DNA from: an uncultured Rivularia sp.
GTDB taxonomy: Bacteria > Cyanobacteriota > Cyanobacteriia > Cyanobacteriales > Nostocaceae
Reading direction: 5' to 3'
Length of the DNA stretch: 64,000 nucleotides
NCBI GenBank assembly: GCA_964395005.1
Contig: CAYMZW010000002.1
Coordinates: forward strand, 5,422 to 69,421
Part shown: positions 21,161 to 32,945 of the stretch, piece by piece
Numbering within the stretch: the stretch's first letter is position 1
Layout: every line of letters starts with the position of its first letter
Made by a program: the position numbers and the translations under genes
The notes under the pieces: model-generated
Told to the model about the DNA's origin: nothing
What the model saw: the letters and a program-made list of their open reading frames with translations, nothing else
The model's database searches: none

Positions 21161-24100
21161 CTAAATTATTATCTGGATTTTCATAAACCCGATATTCAAA
21201 GCTTTCTCTAGTAGAGTTATTATTACCAGATACAGGAATTCTACCCCGGAATTTACGGGTATTTTTATCATAGCTGTAGTCGGTACTAACATGAATATAA
21301 TAGCTTTGATGTTATTGCTATTATCGGTTTCACCTTGAGCATCGTTAGCATCTGCTACGAATAACAGATATTTACTGCCGCTTCCTGAATTGTTTGGAAT
21401 GGTGATGGCTTCAGATTGCGTGTAGCTGCCGTTACCAGCTAAAGGAATGCTATCAGCCGCACTGAAAGTAGCAACAAACTTATCGGTTTCATCAAGGATA
21501 GTATCATCTGAAATATAAATTTGGTCGCTCCAAGTTGCACCAGCACTAACAGCTTCAAGGTTTGTTACCGTCCATGAAAAATCAATCGAGTTACCCCAGG
21601 TTGCAGTAGAGTTAACAGTACTTGCACTACTAACAATTAAATCTGGTGCAGTTAAGGAAATCGGAATTGCCTTAATATTATTGCTTTCGTCTCTTTCACT
21701 TTGCTGTTTACCTGCATCCGCAGCAAATATTAAGTAACGGTTCCCTGTAGCGGTATTAGGAATTGTAATGCTGCGGCTAAAGTTATAACTGGAGTTTACA
21801 CCCAAAGGTATTTCATTTGTAGCGCTTTGAGAAGAAATTTCGATATCCGTATCATCTAGTTGATTATCGTCGGACAAGTAGATTGTATCGTACCAATTAG
21901 ATGAAGCTTCAATATTACCTTGGTTTTCGACGTTCCAGTTAACAGTAATAGACTCTCCCAATACCGCTGTATCAGGTGCGGTTGCGGTAGTTATTACTAA
22001 ATCGGGGTCATTATCGCCGATAACTATGGGTACCGCTTTAACATTGTTTACTTCATTGAGTTCGCCTTGATTATCGTAGAAATCTGGAGCAAATATTAGG
22101 TACTGGGTACCAATTGGGGTGTCAGCAGGTAAGGTTAACAATTGACTGACGCTGTATTCACCATCTACCGTTAGCGGAGTCAGATTTCTTGTTGATACCT
22201 GCTTTAGTCTAGTATCTGTATTAGTGTCTAAAGTTGCATCGCTTGACAGATAAATGTGGTCGTCCCAATTTTCATTAGCACTTGTATTTCCTTTGTTATT
22301 TACAGTCCAGCTTACTTCAATCCGCTCGTCAGGATAACTTTTTACTGGTATTGTAGTATTGGTGACTACTAAGTCCGGAGCTTTTACTTCTAAAGAGATA
22401 GCTTTGACATTATTCGCTTCGTCAAGTTCGCTTTGGTAATTGTAGTAATCACTTATAAATAATAAATATTGACTGCCTATTGTGTCTTTAGGAATTGTAA
22501 TTTCAGTACTTAAGCTATATTCTCCATCGGCTTCCAATGGTGTTGAAGAAAACCATTTTTGCCTTAGATATGTATCGTTTTCATCTAAAATACTGTCACT
22601 AGAAATGTAAACCCTATCGTTCCAGTCGTCATCCGACGTAGCTACCGACGCACTTGTATTTTTAACAGTCCAAGAGACAGATACACGTTGTTCAACATCA
22701 ACCACTGATGGTGCTGTTGCTGATATTACTTCTAAATCAGCATTATCACCTGTAATTGTTAAAGGAACTGCTTTAACATCATTCTCAGGTTGATAATCAT
22801 ATCTATCTGCAACAAACAACAAGTAACGGTTTCCTGGTTGACCAACTATGCTATCAGGTAGGGTAACGCTGATATCATCAACTGCATAAGTTCCATCTAC
22901 CGCAAGTGATGTTGAATCCCAATAGTACTCGTAAAGTTGTTGATCGTTATTATCGTAAACACTGTCACCAGATAAGTAAATATAGTCATACCAGTTACTT
23001 CGAGAAGTTGTAGTTTCCCCTTGATTTTTAACTGTGTAGGAAAGTTGAATATCCTCACCAACCGCAGCAGTTGTAGGAGCAGTTGTATCGGTTACGACTA
23101 AATCTGAAGCTTTGATGGTGATTGGAACTGCTTTGACATTATTAGTATCGTCAGTTTCCTGTTGATAATTATATCTATTCGTAAAAAACAGCAAGTAACG
23201 ATTACCTGCATCTGCATCAGTGGGAATTACAATGTCTCGGTTAATACTGTAGTTACTTCCTGCTGCTAATGGAGTTTGATCTCCGATGTAACTCCTTGTG
23301 ATATAGTCATCTCCACTGTCAAAATTCTCATCATCAGAAAGGTAAAAATAGTCATACCAATCTAAGTTAGCAGCAACATCACCTTGATTAGCAACAGTCC
23401 AAGAAACTGATATAGTTTCCCCTTGTGCAGAAGCTATTGGAGTCGAAGCATCAGATACGATTAAATCAGGCGCAGTAATAGTAATGGGAGTAGTGTAGAC
23501 GTTATTGGTTTCGTCAATTTCGCTTTGAGAATTGCCTCTGTCAGTTACAAGTAGTAAAAAGCGATCGCCTGGTTGAGAATTGGGAATAGTAATATCTTCA
23601 GTGCGAACATAAGTTTCACCACCAGCTAACGGTTCAGACCTACTATGGAAAAAATTAGATACATAAGTGTCTGTATTGTCGAAAATCTCGTCATCAGAAA
23701 TATAAACCGAATCATACCAATCAGCCGAAGCTGATACATCGTCTAGATTTTCCACCATCCAAGAAACAGAAACAGTTTCACCAACTACTGCTGTTGCAGG
23801 AGCGTTATCGGTAGTAATTGTCAGGTCAGGAATGGTAATATCAATCGGTACAGCATAGACATTGTTAGCGTCACTACTTTCTGTTTGATAATCGTATTTA
23901 TTAACAACTACCAGTAGATACCATTTACCTGAACCAGTACCTTCAGGTAAATTAAAACTTTGACTCTTACTATAAATTTCTCCCGCATCGAGGTTTTCGT
24001 TAATCTCAATATCACCCATATAGCGATCTGAGCTATCCAAAACCGTGTTATCGGAGAGGTAAACCGAGTCATACCAAGAGCTAGCATCAGTTGCTACACT

Positions 24101-27100
24101 TCCTTGATTTTTAACGGTCCAATTCACCGTAATTGGTGAACGTTCGGCTGCTGTCACTGGTATTGTTGCTTCTGTGACAATGAAGTCAGGGTTTGTACTA
24201 TTTGCAGAGTCAGGACTGTTTTGGTTTTGAACTGGACTATCAGTTCTTAATAAAACCAGATTTTCGTCAAAATCTCCAATAGTAATCGGAACTGCGTTGA
24301 AATTATTATCTTCATTCAACTCACCTTGCTGATCGTACCGATCTGTTACAAATAATAGATATTTGCTACCCTTCGTAATATCGTCAGGCATTGAAAGCAA
24401 CTGCGTTACCGTATAACCAGTGCCCGAAGCTAATGGTGATAAATTTTGATGAATTCGAGCATCTGATAGCAGAATATCCGTGCTGGTAGATAGGGTGTCA
24501 TCATCGGACAAATACACCGAGTCATACCACTCAGTTAAAGCGTTACCATTCCCTTGATTGTCAACGGTCCAAGTAACTTCTAATTCTGCCCCAGCATAAG
24601 CTTGTTTGGGTGCTGTAGCGTTAGTTATCTGTAAGTCAGGAGCTTTTACTTCTAAAGAGATAGCTTTGACATTATTCGCTTCGTCAAGTTCGCTTTGGTA
24701 ATTGTAGTAATCACTTATAAATAATAAATATTGACTGCCTATTGTGTCTTTAGGAATTGTAATTTCAGTACTTAAGCTATATTCTCCATCGGCTTCCAAT
24801 GGTGTTGAAGAAAACCATTTTTGCCTTAGATATGTATCGTTTTCATCTAAAATACTGTCACTAGAAATGTAAACCCTATCGTTCCAATTGTTATCCGACG
24901 TAGCTTCCGACGTGCTTGTATTTTTAACAGTCCAAGAGACAGATACACGTTGCTCAACATCAACCACTGATGGTGCTGTGGCTGATATTACTTCTAAATC
25001 AGCATTATCACCTGTAATCGTCAAAGGAACTGCTTTGAAATTATTTTCCTCGTTGTTTTCCTTTTGATAATTATATCTATCCGTGACAAATAATAAGTAA
25101 CGGTTTCCTGGTTGACCTACTACACTATCAGGTAAAGTAATACTGATATCATCAACTGCATAAGTTCCATCTACCGCAAGTGATGTTGAATCCCAATAGT
25201 ACTCGTAAAGTTGTTGATCGTTATTATCGTAAACACTGTCACCAGATAAGTAAATATAGTCATACCAGTTACTTCGAGAAGTTGTAGTTTCCCCTTGATT
25301 TTTAACTGTGTAGGAAAGTTGAATATCCTCACCAACCGCAGCAGTTGTAGGAGCAGTTGTATCGGTTACGACTAAATCTGAAGCTTTGATGGTGATTGGA
25401 ACTGCTTTGACATTATTAGTATCGTCAGTTTCCTGTTGATAATTATATCTATTCGTAAAAAACAGCAAGTAACGATTACCTGCATCTGCATCAGTGGGAA
25501 TTACAATGTCTCGGTTAATACTGTAGTTACTTCCTGCTGCTAATGGAGTTTGATCTCCGATGTAACTCCTTGTGATATAGTCATCTCCACTGTCAAAATT
25601 CTCATCATCAGAAAGGTAAAAATAGTCATACCAATTAGCATCAGCAGTGAAACTACTTTGATTACTTACCTCCCAGTTAACATAAATTGATTCGCCCTGT
25701 GCCGCTTCTACTGGTGAAGTAGCATCAGATACGATTAAGTCGGGAGCATTAACTACAATTGGAATTGATTTGAGATTGTTGCTTTCGTTAGTTTCGTAGT
25801 GATAGTTATTTGCGTCGGCAACAAATAACAGATAACGACTTCCTAAAACAGTTTGAGGGATAGTAACAGTTTCTGTTAAATTATAGGCATCTCCTGCTGC
25901 AACAGTTGTTTCAGATGTACCTGAATTGAATGAATATATTTGTGTATCTTGTGAATCAAAATTTTGATCATCTGATAAATAAATGCGGTCATACCAACTA
26001 TGTGTTGCCTCCACATTACCTTGGTTGAGAACCGTCCAAGAAATTTCAGCCGTACTACCTACTGTAACAGCCAGAGGTGCAGTTGCTTCTGTTACTACTA
26101 AATCCGGTAATGTAATATCGATGGGAACTGCTCGGGTGTTATTAGTTTCACTTCCTTCAACTAAGTAATTAGATGAGTCAGCTACAAACAGCAAATACTG
26201 TTTCCCAGAGCCAACCCGCTTAGGTAGCAGCATATCTCTGGCAAAAGTATAACTCTCACCAGGAATCAGTGGAAATTCATCGCCAATTCCAAAATTACCC
26301 ATGTAGCGGTCTGAGCTATCAAAGATGGTATTGTCGGATAAGTAAACTCTGTCATTCCAAGCATTTGTTACCATCCCTTGTCCCTGATTAGTAGTAGTCC
26401 AAGTTAAGGAAACTTTACTACCTTCTGCGGCTGTAGTCGGTGCAATGGCATCTGTTATTACCAAGTCTGGTAAACCTAGTGTGGCATTCAGATTATATGT
26501 TCCTGTATCACTGCTGTAGTAGCTAGTAACCCGCACAATATAGTTAATGTTTTCGGCGGGGGTAAAACTTATTAGTGAGTTACTACCGGCACCAGAGTTA
26601 TTATTTTGAGCTATGACTTCGCCTGTATCTTCATTTATAAGTTGTAAGTAGGTGTCAATGTTTGAAGAGGATAAATCAAGTGTAACAACTTTTCCAATTG
26701 TAAAATCAATTAACTTATAGTCGTCACTGTAACGCCCATCACGAGTCGGATTATTCATATCCGAGTCATCTAAATTACCAGGTACTGTGCCGTTATTAGC
26801 AGAAATAGTCGGTAATCCTGAATCACCTTCAGCTTGACTACTACCCAAAGGGGCAAATGCCGAGAAATCGACTAAACTATCATCTATTAATTCTACTATT
26901 TCACCATCATCCGTTACCGTACTGCTAAGTATGGGGTCATAAGTAATATCATTCGTATCGCTTATACCTGTATCGTCAGCTTTAGCTAAATTAATATCAA
27001 TGGCAACAACTCTTACTCCATTGTTAAACCGTATATCGCCCTTAGCGGCTATCATACCGTAAATTGTAGACTGACCTAACGAGGTAAATTTGCCCGCACT

Positions 27101-29689
27101 CTCGAATGTTCCCCTAGTATCTGCGGCACCGTTGAAGATAATATCGCCGTTTGATACAACTCTGATAATATCACTTGTATTAATATCTTCAGATGCACCT
27201 TTAAAAGTAATATTTCCAGTGTTGCTACCGGATGCGATTAAAGTATCACTAGCGAAGGTTGCTGCATCGTTCATATCAATAGAACCAGATGCAAAAACGG
27301 ATAAGTTAGAGGCTTTTACCTTTGCTAAATCGATATCACCATCATTTGTAATTAAGACAACATTTTCTAAATTATTTCTACTACCCCTAAAGTTAATATC
27401 GCCTTGTTGAACGATAATTACATAATTACTTAAATCAACCTTATTAGGAATAGTTAATCCCCCACCAATTACTTCTACTACTGTCTTATTTTCTGCTGTA
27501 CCCGGTGCGGGGAAATTTTTAATCCAACTATTAGCATTTCTAACGTTATTTTTCTTATCGCCGATATCAAAGGTAATCGTTTTATTATTGTCTGTAATAA
27601 AGCTATCTAATTGCTGCTGTTTAAGACTGTCGTATGCAGGAATATCAACTGTAATCTCTTCTATAACTTGGGGTGGATTTAAACCAGCATATTGATTGAA
27701 GGGACCATTGCTGGTAATGTAAACATCAGCAACGGTAACGGCGTTATCTTTTAAGATTTTCTTGCCAAAAACATCCAGTTGTGGAGTACCATCTGCGTTT
27801 AATTTGACAGGAAGATTAATATTACCATTTATCTTAAACCCTTGGGCTGCATATATCCGGGCATCATCTGATAAATCTAATGGCTCCCCATTTAAATCTC
27901 CACCACCATTTATTGTTAAATTTCCTTCCGTTTTAATCGCAAATCCAGGATTATATATTGGTATAGCAGTATCTAAAATAAAGCTTAATTCAAAGACATT
28001 ACTCGTATTGCCTTCTACGTCTTCTGCTTGTAAATATAAAGTATAGCTATCATCGCCTAAAACATCGCCTTTAATAGCTTCTAAAATTGATTTATTGAAA
28101 GTAAAGCTACCATCTGATTGTAACCATGCTGTTGCATCTATATAATTATCAATATTTGTATCTTTGAAAGCAGCTTTTAAAGATACTATCTGACTTTCAT
28201 TCTTTACCGTACCGCTAATTGCCAGGTCATCTGTGTCATTTACATTTACATCTTTGATTAAAGCAGCATTAATAACAATTTCTTCTTCATCTGTTTCATT
28301 TTTTAATACATCATAGGCATAGACAACATTGGCACCTCTCCTCAAGTTAACAAAACCTTTTGCGGCAATAGTACCGTACAAAGTAGAGTTAGTTTTAGAA
28401 GTAAAATCACCTACACTCTCAAAAGAGCCACGGGTATCAGATGCAGCATTAAAGTTAATTTTGCCGCTCGAAACTACTCTTAAAGTATCTTCTGAATTTG
28501 TAGAAGCTGTAGCACCATTAAAGTTTATATTACCTTTATTACTTTCAGTTACAAGTAAAGTAGAACCTACATACCTCGATTGACGATTCATATTAATTGA
28601 ACCGGAAGCAAATGCAGATAAATTCGTTGCTTGTATCTTAGATAAATTAATATTACCGTTTTCGGCAATTAATACAACGTTCTCAAAATTATGCTGGTTG
28701 CCATTAAAATTGATATTACCGTTTTCTACGATAATAAGGTAGTTGCTTAAATCAACTTTATTTGGAATACTTAATCCCCCACCCGTTACTCTTACCACTG
28801 TTGGTTTATCTAAGGTACCCGGGGATGGAAATTTAGAAGTCCATTGTTGAGAATTTCTTAAAGGATTTTGTCCCGCATTAAAGGTTATAGTTTCTGTATC
28901 AGTAGCGATAATACTATCTATTCTTTGCTGTTTTAATAGAGCAGCATCGGGGATATCAATTACTTGTTCTTCTACTACTCGTGGAGGAACTAAATTAGAA
29001 TACTGGTTGTTAGGAGCATTGATACCAGCGTAATCTGCTGCAACGGTAACAGCATTATCTACTAAAATTAACTTACCGAAATTATCCCGCAAGGGATTAC
29101 CGTTTTCATCCCGCTTTATTGGCAGAGTAACATTGCCATTAATTCTAAATCCTTTAGCAGCATAAATTAAAGCATCGTCACTGATATCAACAGGATTTCC
29201 GTCTAAATCTCCACCGTTGTTGATTCTAATTTGTTTTTCGGTTCTAATTGCATATTTAGAAGTGGGTGCGGTGGTTGAGATAGGAGGTGCAACAACTTCA
29301 TCTATTATTGATGGTTTTAATTCAAATGTGCCTACTAAAGGATTATTTCTATTATTACCTGTAAGGAAATCAATATCTGTTTTATTAAAATCAATTATCT
29401 GCTGTCCAAATAATTGTTCAGGAGTAGATGTCTTATTAAATAAAAGAGGTGATGATACTAAAATATCTGTATCGTCACCAATATTGTCGGTGCTATATAT
29501 AATATTTATATTTTCAGAACTCAGATGTTCTATTTCTGAAATTAAAGAGTCACTTCCTATATTGTTGTCTATCTTGCTTGCTGCATTTAAACCATAAGTA
29601 TCTTCTTCAGAAAAATTAACATAGGCATCTATCGAAGATAAGATAATTTCTTCATTTTTGCCGTTATTGAATATATCTTTATTACTCAT
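21161..29689 (-). CDS. N-terminal fragment of the giant protein: duplicated N-terminal domain, PPC-like domain, 14 CARDB repeats
   Basis: 14 (P/S/A)D(L/F)xV/I...WyDxxYLSdD repeats counted. The last ~45 residues are out of frame. Confidence 0.88.
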   Translation of the reverse strand: MSNKDIFNNGKNEEIILSSIDAYVNFSEEDTYGLNAASKIDNNIGSDSLISEIEHLSSENINIIYSTDNIGDDTDILVSSPLLFNKTSTPEQLFGQQIIDFNKTDIDFLTGNNRNNPLVGTFELKPSIIDEVVAPPISTTAPTSKYAIRTEKQIRINNGGDLDGNPVDISDDALIYAAKGFRINGNVTLPIKRDENGNPLRDNFGKLILVDNAVTVAADYAGINAPNNQYSNLVPPRVVEEQVIDIPDAALLKQQRIDSIIATDTETITFNAGQNPLRNSQQWTSKFPSPGTLDKPTVVRVTGGGLSIPNKVDLSNYLIIVENGNINFNGNQHNFENVVLIAENGNINLSKIQATNLSAFASGSINMNRQSRYVGSTLLVTESNKGNINFNGATASTNSEDTLRVVSSGKINFNAASDTRGSFESVGDFTSKTNSTLYGTIAAKGFVNLRRGANVVYAYDVLKNETDEEEIVINAALIKDVNVNDTDDLAISGTVKNESQIVSLKAAFKDTNIDNYIDATAWLQSDGSFTFNKSILEAIKGDVLGDDSYTLYLQAEDVEGNTSNVFELSFILDTAIPIYNPGFAIKTEGNLTINGGGDLNGEPLDLSDDARIYAAQGFKINGNINLPVKLNADGTPQLDVFGKKILKDNAVTVADVYITSNGPFNQYAGLNPPQVIEEITVDIPAYDSLKQQQLDSFITDNNKTITFDIGDKKNNVRNANSWIKNFPAPGTAENKTVVEVIGGGLTIPNKVDLSNYVIIVQQGDINFRGSRNNLENVVLITNDGDIDLAKVKASNLSVFASGSIDMNDAATFASDTLIASGSNTGNITFKGASEDINTSDIIRVVSNGDIIFNGAADTRGTFESAGKFTSLGQSTIYGMIAAKGDIRFNNGVRVVAIDINLAKADDTGISDTNDITYDPILSSTVTDDGEIVELIDDSLVDFSAFAPLGSSQAEGDSGLPTISANNGTVPGNLDDSDMNNPTRDGRYSDDYKLIDFTIGKVVTLDLSSSNIDTYLQLINEDTGEVIAQNNNSGAGSNSLISFTPAENINYIVRVTSYYSSDTGTYNLNATLGLPDLVITDAIAPTTAAEGSKVSLTWTTTNQGQGMVTNAWNDRVYLSDNTIFDSSDRYMGNFGIGDEFPLIPGESYTFARDMLLPKRVGSGKQYLLFVADSSNYLVEGSETNNTRAVPIDITLPDLVVTEATAPLAVTVGSTAEISWTVLNQGNVEATHSWYDRIYLSDDQNFDSQDTQIYSFNSGTSETTVAAGDAYNLTETVTIPQTVLGSRYLLFVADANNYHYETNESNNLKSIPIVVNAPDLIVSDATSPVEAAQGESIYVNWEVSNQSSFTADANWYDYFYLSDDENFDSGDDYITRSYIGDQTPLAAGSNYSINRDIVIPTDADAGNRYLLFFTNRYNYQQETDDTNNVKAVPITIKASDLVVTDTTAPTTAAVGEDIQLSYTVKNQGETTTSRSNWYDYIYLSGDSVYDNNDQQLYEYYWDSTSLAVDGTYAVDDISITLPDSVVGQPGNRYLLFVTDRYNYQKENNEENNFKAVPLTITGDNADLEVISATAPSVVDVEQRVSVSWTVKNTSTSEATSDNNWNDRVYISSDSILDENDTYLRQKWFSSTPLEADGEYSLSTEITIPKDTIGSQYLLFISDYYNYQSELDEANNVKAISLEVKAPDLQITNATAPKQAYAGAELEVTWTVDNQGNGNALTEWYDSVYLSDDDTLSTSTDILLSDARIHQNLSPLASGTGYTVTQLLSMPDDITKGSKYLLFVTDRYDQQGELNEDNNFNAVPITIGDFDENLVLLRTDSPVQNQNSPDSANSTNPDFIVTEATIPVTAAERSPITVNWTVKNQGSVATDASSWYDSVYLSDNTVLDSSDRYMGDIEINENLDAGEIYSKSQSFNLPEGTGSGKWYLLVVVNKYDYQTESSDANNVYAVPIDITIPDLTITTDNAPATAVVGETVSVSWMVENLDDVSASADWYDSVYISDDEIFDNTDTYVSNFFHSRSEPLAGGETYVRTEDITIPNSQPGDRFLLLVTDRGNSQSEIDETNNVYTTPITITAPDLIVSDASTPIASAQGETISVSWTVANQGDVAANLDWYDYFYLSDDENFDSGDDYITRSYIGDQTPLAAGSNYSINRDIVIPTDADAGNRYLLFFTNRYNYQQETDDTNNVKAVPITIKASDLVVTDTTAPTTAAVGEDIQLSYTVKNQGETTTSRSNWYDYIYLSGDSVYDNNDQQLYEYYWDSTSLAVDGTYAVDDISVTLPDSIVGQPGNRYLLFVADRYDYQPENDVKAVPLTITGDNADLEVISATAPSVVDVEQRVSVSWTVKNTSASVATSDDDWNDRVYISSDSILDENDTYLRQKWFSSTPLEADGEYSLSTEITIPKDTIGSQYLLFISDYYNYQSELDEANNVKAISLEVKAPDLVVTNTTIPVKSYPDERIEVSWTVNNKGNTSANENWDDHIYLSSDATLDTNTDTRLKQVSTRNLTPLTVDGEYSVSQLLTLPADTPIGTQYLIFAPDFYDNQGELNEVNNVKAVPIVIGDNDPDLVITTATAPDTAVLGESITVNWNVENQGNIEASSNWYDTIYLSDDNQLDDTDIEISSQSATNEIPLGVNSSYNFSRSITIPNTATGNRYLIFAADAGKQQSERDESNNIKAIPISLTAPDLIVSSASTVNSTATWGNSIDFSWTVTNLEAVSAGATWSDQIYISDDTILDETDKFVATFSAADSIPLAGNGSYTQSEAITIPNNSGSGSKYLLFVADANDAQGETDNSNNIKAIIFMLVPTTAMIKIPVNSGVEFLYLVIITLLEKALNIGFMKIQIII
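22377..23361. repeat. ~1 kb near-identical intragenic duplication, copy A
   Basis: Matches 24639-25635 almost base for base; the offset shifts from 2262 to 2274 because of a 12-bp indel. Confidence 0.88.
24639..25635. repeat. ~1 kb near-identical intragenic duplication, copy B
   Basis: See copy A; spans about three CARDB domains. Confidence 0.88.
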
Positions 29690-29874
29690 AAAAACCTACT
29701 ATTTTAATTAGATGCCCTTCCGATTAATTGCCTGCTATATGCGTTTTATAACGCAAACAGAATTAACCTTTTCTGGAAATGGGGGAAAGCCGGGATACGT
29801 GCAAAATGGGACACGTTGTAAAGTTATGTAACAAAAACTATACGACCCTTGCTGTGCAATACCCTGAGAATCCA

Positions 29875-32800
29875 TTAAGCTAAAATCAAAAGTCCTTCAT
29901 CATCCAACAAATTGGGTACAGTTTCCATATCAATCATATAATCGCCGAAACGCTTGATATTACTGGTCATATAAGGACTTAAGGTTGCCACATCTTCACG
30001 GGTAATTGAATAACCAGCTTTCAGTAAGTCCCGCAACACATCAGTTAAATCTACAACGTTGTGGAAGATAACAGCATTAGCAACCAAGTCATTATATTTA
30101 ATAATCTTCTCCTGCTCGATAGGGTCATTGTTAGAAATAACCCCAAAGCCACCAAAGAAAAACCATTTTGAGAAGCCGTTATAAGCTTCAACAATATTAG
30201 TTGCGGCTGTGATTTGTTTTCGCAACTTCATATCCGAAATATATTGCAACAGAAATACCGTTCTTACTACTCGTCCCAACTCTTGGAAAGCTTGGTATAG
30301 CCTATTTTTACGACTGTAATTTCCTAGTTTTCGTAACAACACTGCACTCGAAATCTTACCGGTTTGAATTGAGAGTACAACTTGTAAAATATCTTGCCAA
30401 TGATTTTTAATTTTATCCCAATTAATCGTATCCTTAAATAAAGAATCAATATGTTCGTAAACTGTATCCTTATCTGGACGGAAGAAAATTAAATCCTTCC
30501 AATTACGAATTCGGGGCATTAATTTAATACCTAGCATATGTGACAATGCAAACACAGGTGTTGATTGTCCTTGGGTATCGGCATGAATCGTATGTGGCTG
30601 AATCTCAGAACAATTTTTCAACAAGCCCTCGATAATATAAACGGCTTCCCAAGTTCCGCAAGAAATGAAATGGCTAAATAAAGCTATGTAGGTATCGGAA
30701 ACATGGTGGTAAGCAATTCCCCCGTAGCCCCCGTAGCGAATGTGGTACTCAGACAGCAGGTTTTCCTCGTAGAGTTCGTACTTAGTCCCGTCCGCCGCAG
30801 CAGTTGTCCCATCACCCCAAATACCCGGAAGCTTCAAAACGTTGTAGCGATTAATAATATCTACAAGTGCTGCATTTAACTTATCTACACTCACATGACG
30901 GCGATTAACAAACGATATTTCCTTCGCAGTCACAATACCTCGCATATGTCTTGCAGCTTGAGTTGGTCCGAGATTACAGCCATAAGTGAAACTTGTCAGC
31001 AGGTAGCGTTCCGTCGCTCGCTCCAACTTCGGATCACTCCCGCTCATGGGTCCAAAGTGACGTGTAAAATTAGTCCAGTAGTCAACATTCCGTAGAACAT
31101 CAATTAAATTGCGTTCCGGAAAACGTTCTTCCACAGCTACAAGCAGAGCTTTAGCTTCGGGACTTAAATCATGACGCAATGACTTTTTTAATACAGGTTC
31201 GCCCAAATCATTAATTACAAGCTGACGATTATCAGGATAACCAGCATCTACTTTTGAAGCTGTATCGATTAACCATTCCTTGAGTTGTTCGACAAAACCA
31301 TCTGCGTCCGATGCAAAACCCAAGTTGTCACAATACTGGTCAATTAATGGTAAACATTCAGACCAAGGTAATAACTGTTCTCGGTGGTCGGCATAATTTT
31401 CACTACCAATGACGCAGATATCTCCCGTCCTCAGTTCAGTCATCAAGTAAGAAAAAACACAAACCTCTAGATGGCGACGAACAATTTTAGTTTTGTTTCC
31501 TTGTTCAACAAATAAAAGTTTCTGCCATTGAGGAGAAGCAAATTCTAAATTTAAGTCAATAGCATTTCTTAAATAATGACCTCGCTTTGACTGATTTTCT
31601 AGAATAAAATTTAGTGCTTCAACTACACTTTGCTCGCGAGTTGTGGATTCAAACTGCAAAGCACTTAATAATCTAAAGAAAGTACTACGATGACTTTTAT
31701 AAAATTGCCATAATAGAGGTAAATAATTATTTCCCTTATAAGCATTTATTGCCTCACATTCACTCAATAATTGTTCGGCACCACCTTCTGGGAGAAGTAA
31801 CTGATTAACTTGTTCTACTTTATCAGTATTATTAACTAACGAAGCCTTCTCAACCTTGTCAATATTAGTCAACTCTTGCTCTTCGTCAACCCATACATGA
31901 AGAACATTTCCGAGAACTCCCAGTAACTTTTCAACTGTCTCCTGATATCTCTGCTTGATAAGTTCTAATTCTTTCCTGGCATTATTATGTATCAAACGCA
32001 TTTTTTTTAGAAACATCTCAACCAAATTATCTCGCGTTGTCACTTGTGCCGAGTAAATTAAACATAGTATAAGAGTAATGCGCTTTGGTAAATTAAATTC
32101 TTTGATTTCACTCGCATCTAACACCCTCGCTTCCGCAGCAAAGTGTTGAATCTTAGCTGCTGTAATTCCGGTAAGTAATGGTTTGATATCTCCCAAAGAA
32201 TCAAGCCAGATTAAATGTACAATTAAATCATTAAGATGGTTGCGAGTTGGGCGCTTAGGAAGTTGCTTAATGTTATTGTAGAGACTTCTATATTCCACTG
32301 GATGATTGTCCAAGAGGTCGATTAGGCGTTGTTGATAATCATTGCTTAAGCGACTTAGTACCAGTTTAAATAAGTTTTGGTTGACTAAATTTCTAACTCG
32401 ACGTACTAATCTATTTAATGTATTAAATCCCGGTAATTCATATCTATTTTTAATTAATTCGGCAATAGCGACATTCATTAAATCCGCAGGATTGTCCATC
32501 ACAGTCGCAGATTCATTTACTGCCGATACTGCTAAATGTAGCGCAGTTTGATTAAAAGATTTAACAGTCAGATATTCTCGGATAGCTGTCCGATGTCGAT
32601 ACATTGTTTTTTTACTTTCATAGCCTAAAGCAATATCATCTTTAAACTTTAAATGACTGCGAATATGGTTGATTATTTTTAGTGGAATATCTGAAATAAA
32701 CGGGAAATAACCCAGTATGCAGAAATGATTTTAATATAATAAGTAGATTGAGGATATTACTTTCACCTTTTGTCGCACTGTAAGCAAAAGCAATTTCTGA

Positions 32801-32887
32801 ATTGGTAGGTGTATAAATTTCTGTAAGTTCTTTAGTAGTAAATTGGCGTTTAAATCTTGGGTAAGCGGTGCGTTCTATAGATGTCAC
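29875..32887 (-). pseudogene. tnpA: Tn3-family transposase, frameshifted near 32716 (ORFs 32642-32887 and 29875-32604)
   Basis: MTSIERTAYPRF start; AAADGTK, IHADTQGQS and TNIVEAYN DDE motifs; LGYFP continues in a shifted frame. Confidence 0.88.
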
Positions 32888-32945
32888 TCTGGTATTTATG
32901 GATTATCCATACTGTGATTGCTTTTATAGATATAGAACAAAACAT

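Larger units (their letters stand above)
1..29689 (-). pseudogene. Giant multidomain exoprotein gene (CARDB/Ig/PKD, hydrolase, nuclease, metallopeptidase), interrupted three times; 3' end lies outside the window
   Basis: Four consecutive minus-strand segments continue each other's domains across a frameshifting junction (~21300), an IS (15100-16346) and an A7 run (13750-13756). About 28.4 kb of coding sequence remains after removing the IS. Confidence 0.88.

Noticed and set aside
3070-29597. Other short ORFs overlapping the giant gene (e.g. 7326-7874, 16999-17403, 29217-29597)
   Set aside because: Typical antisense or off-frame translations with no motifs.
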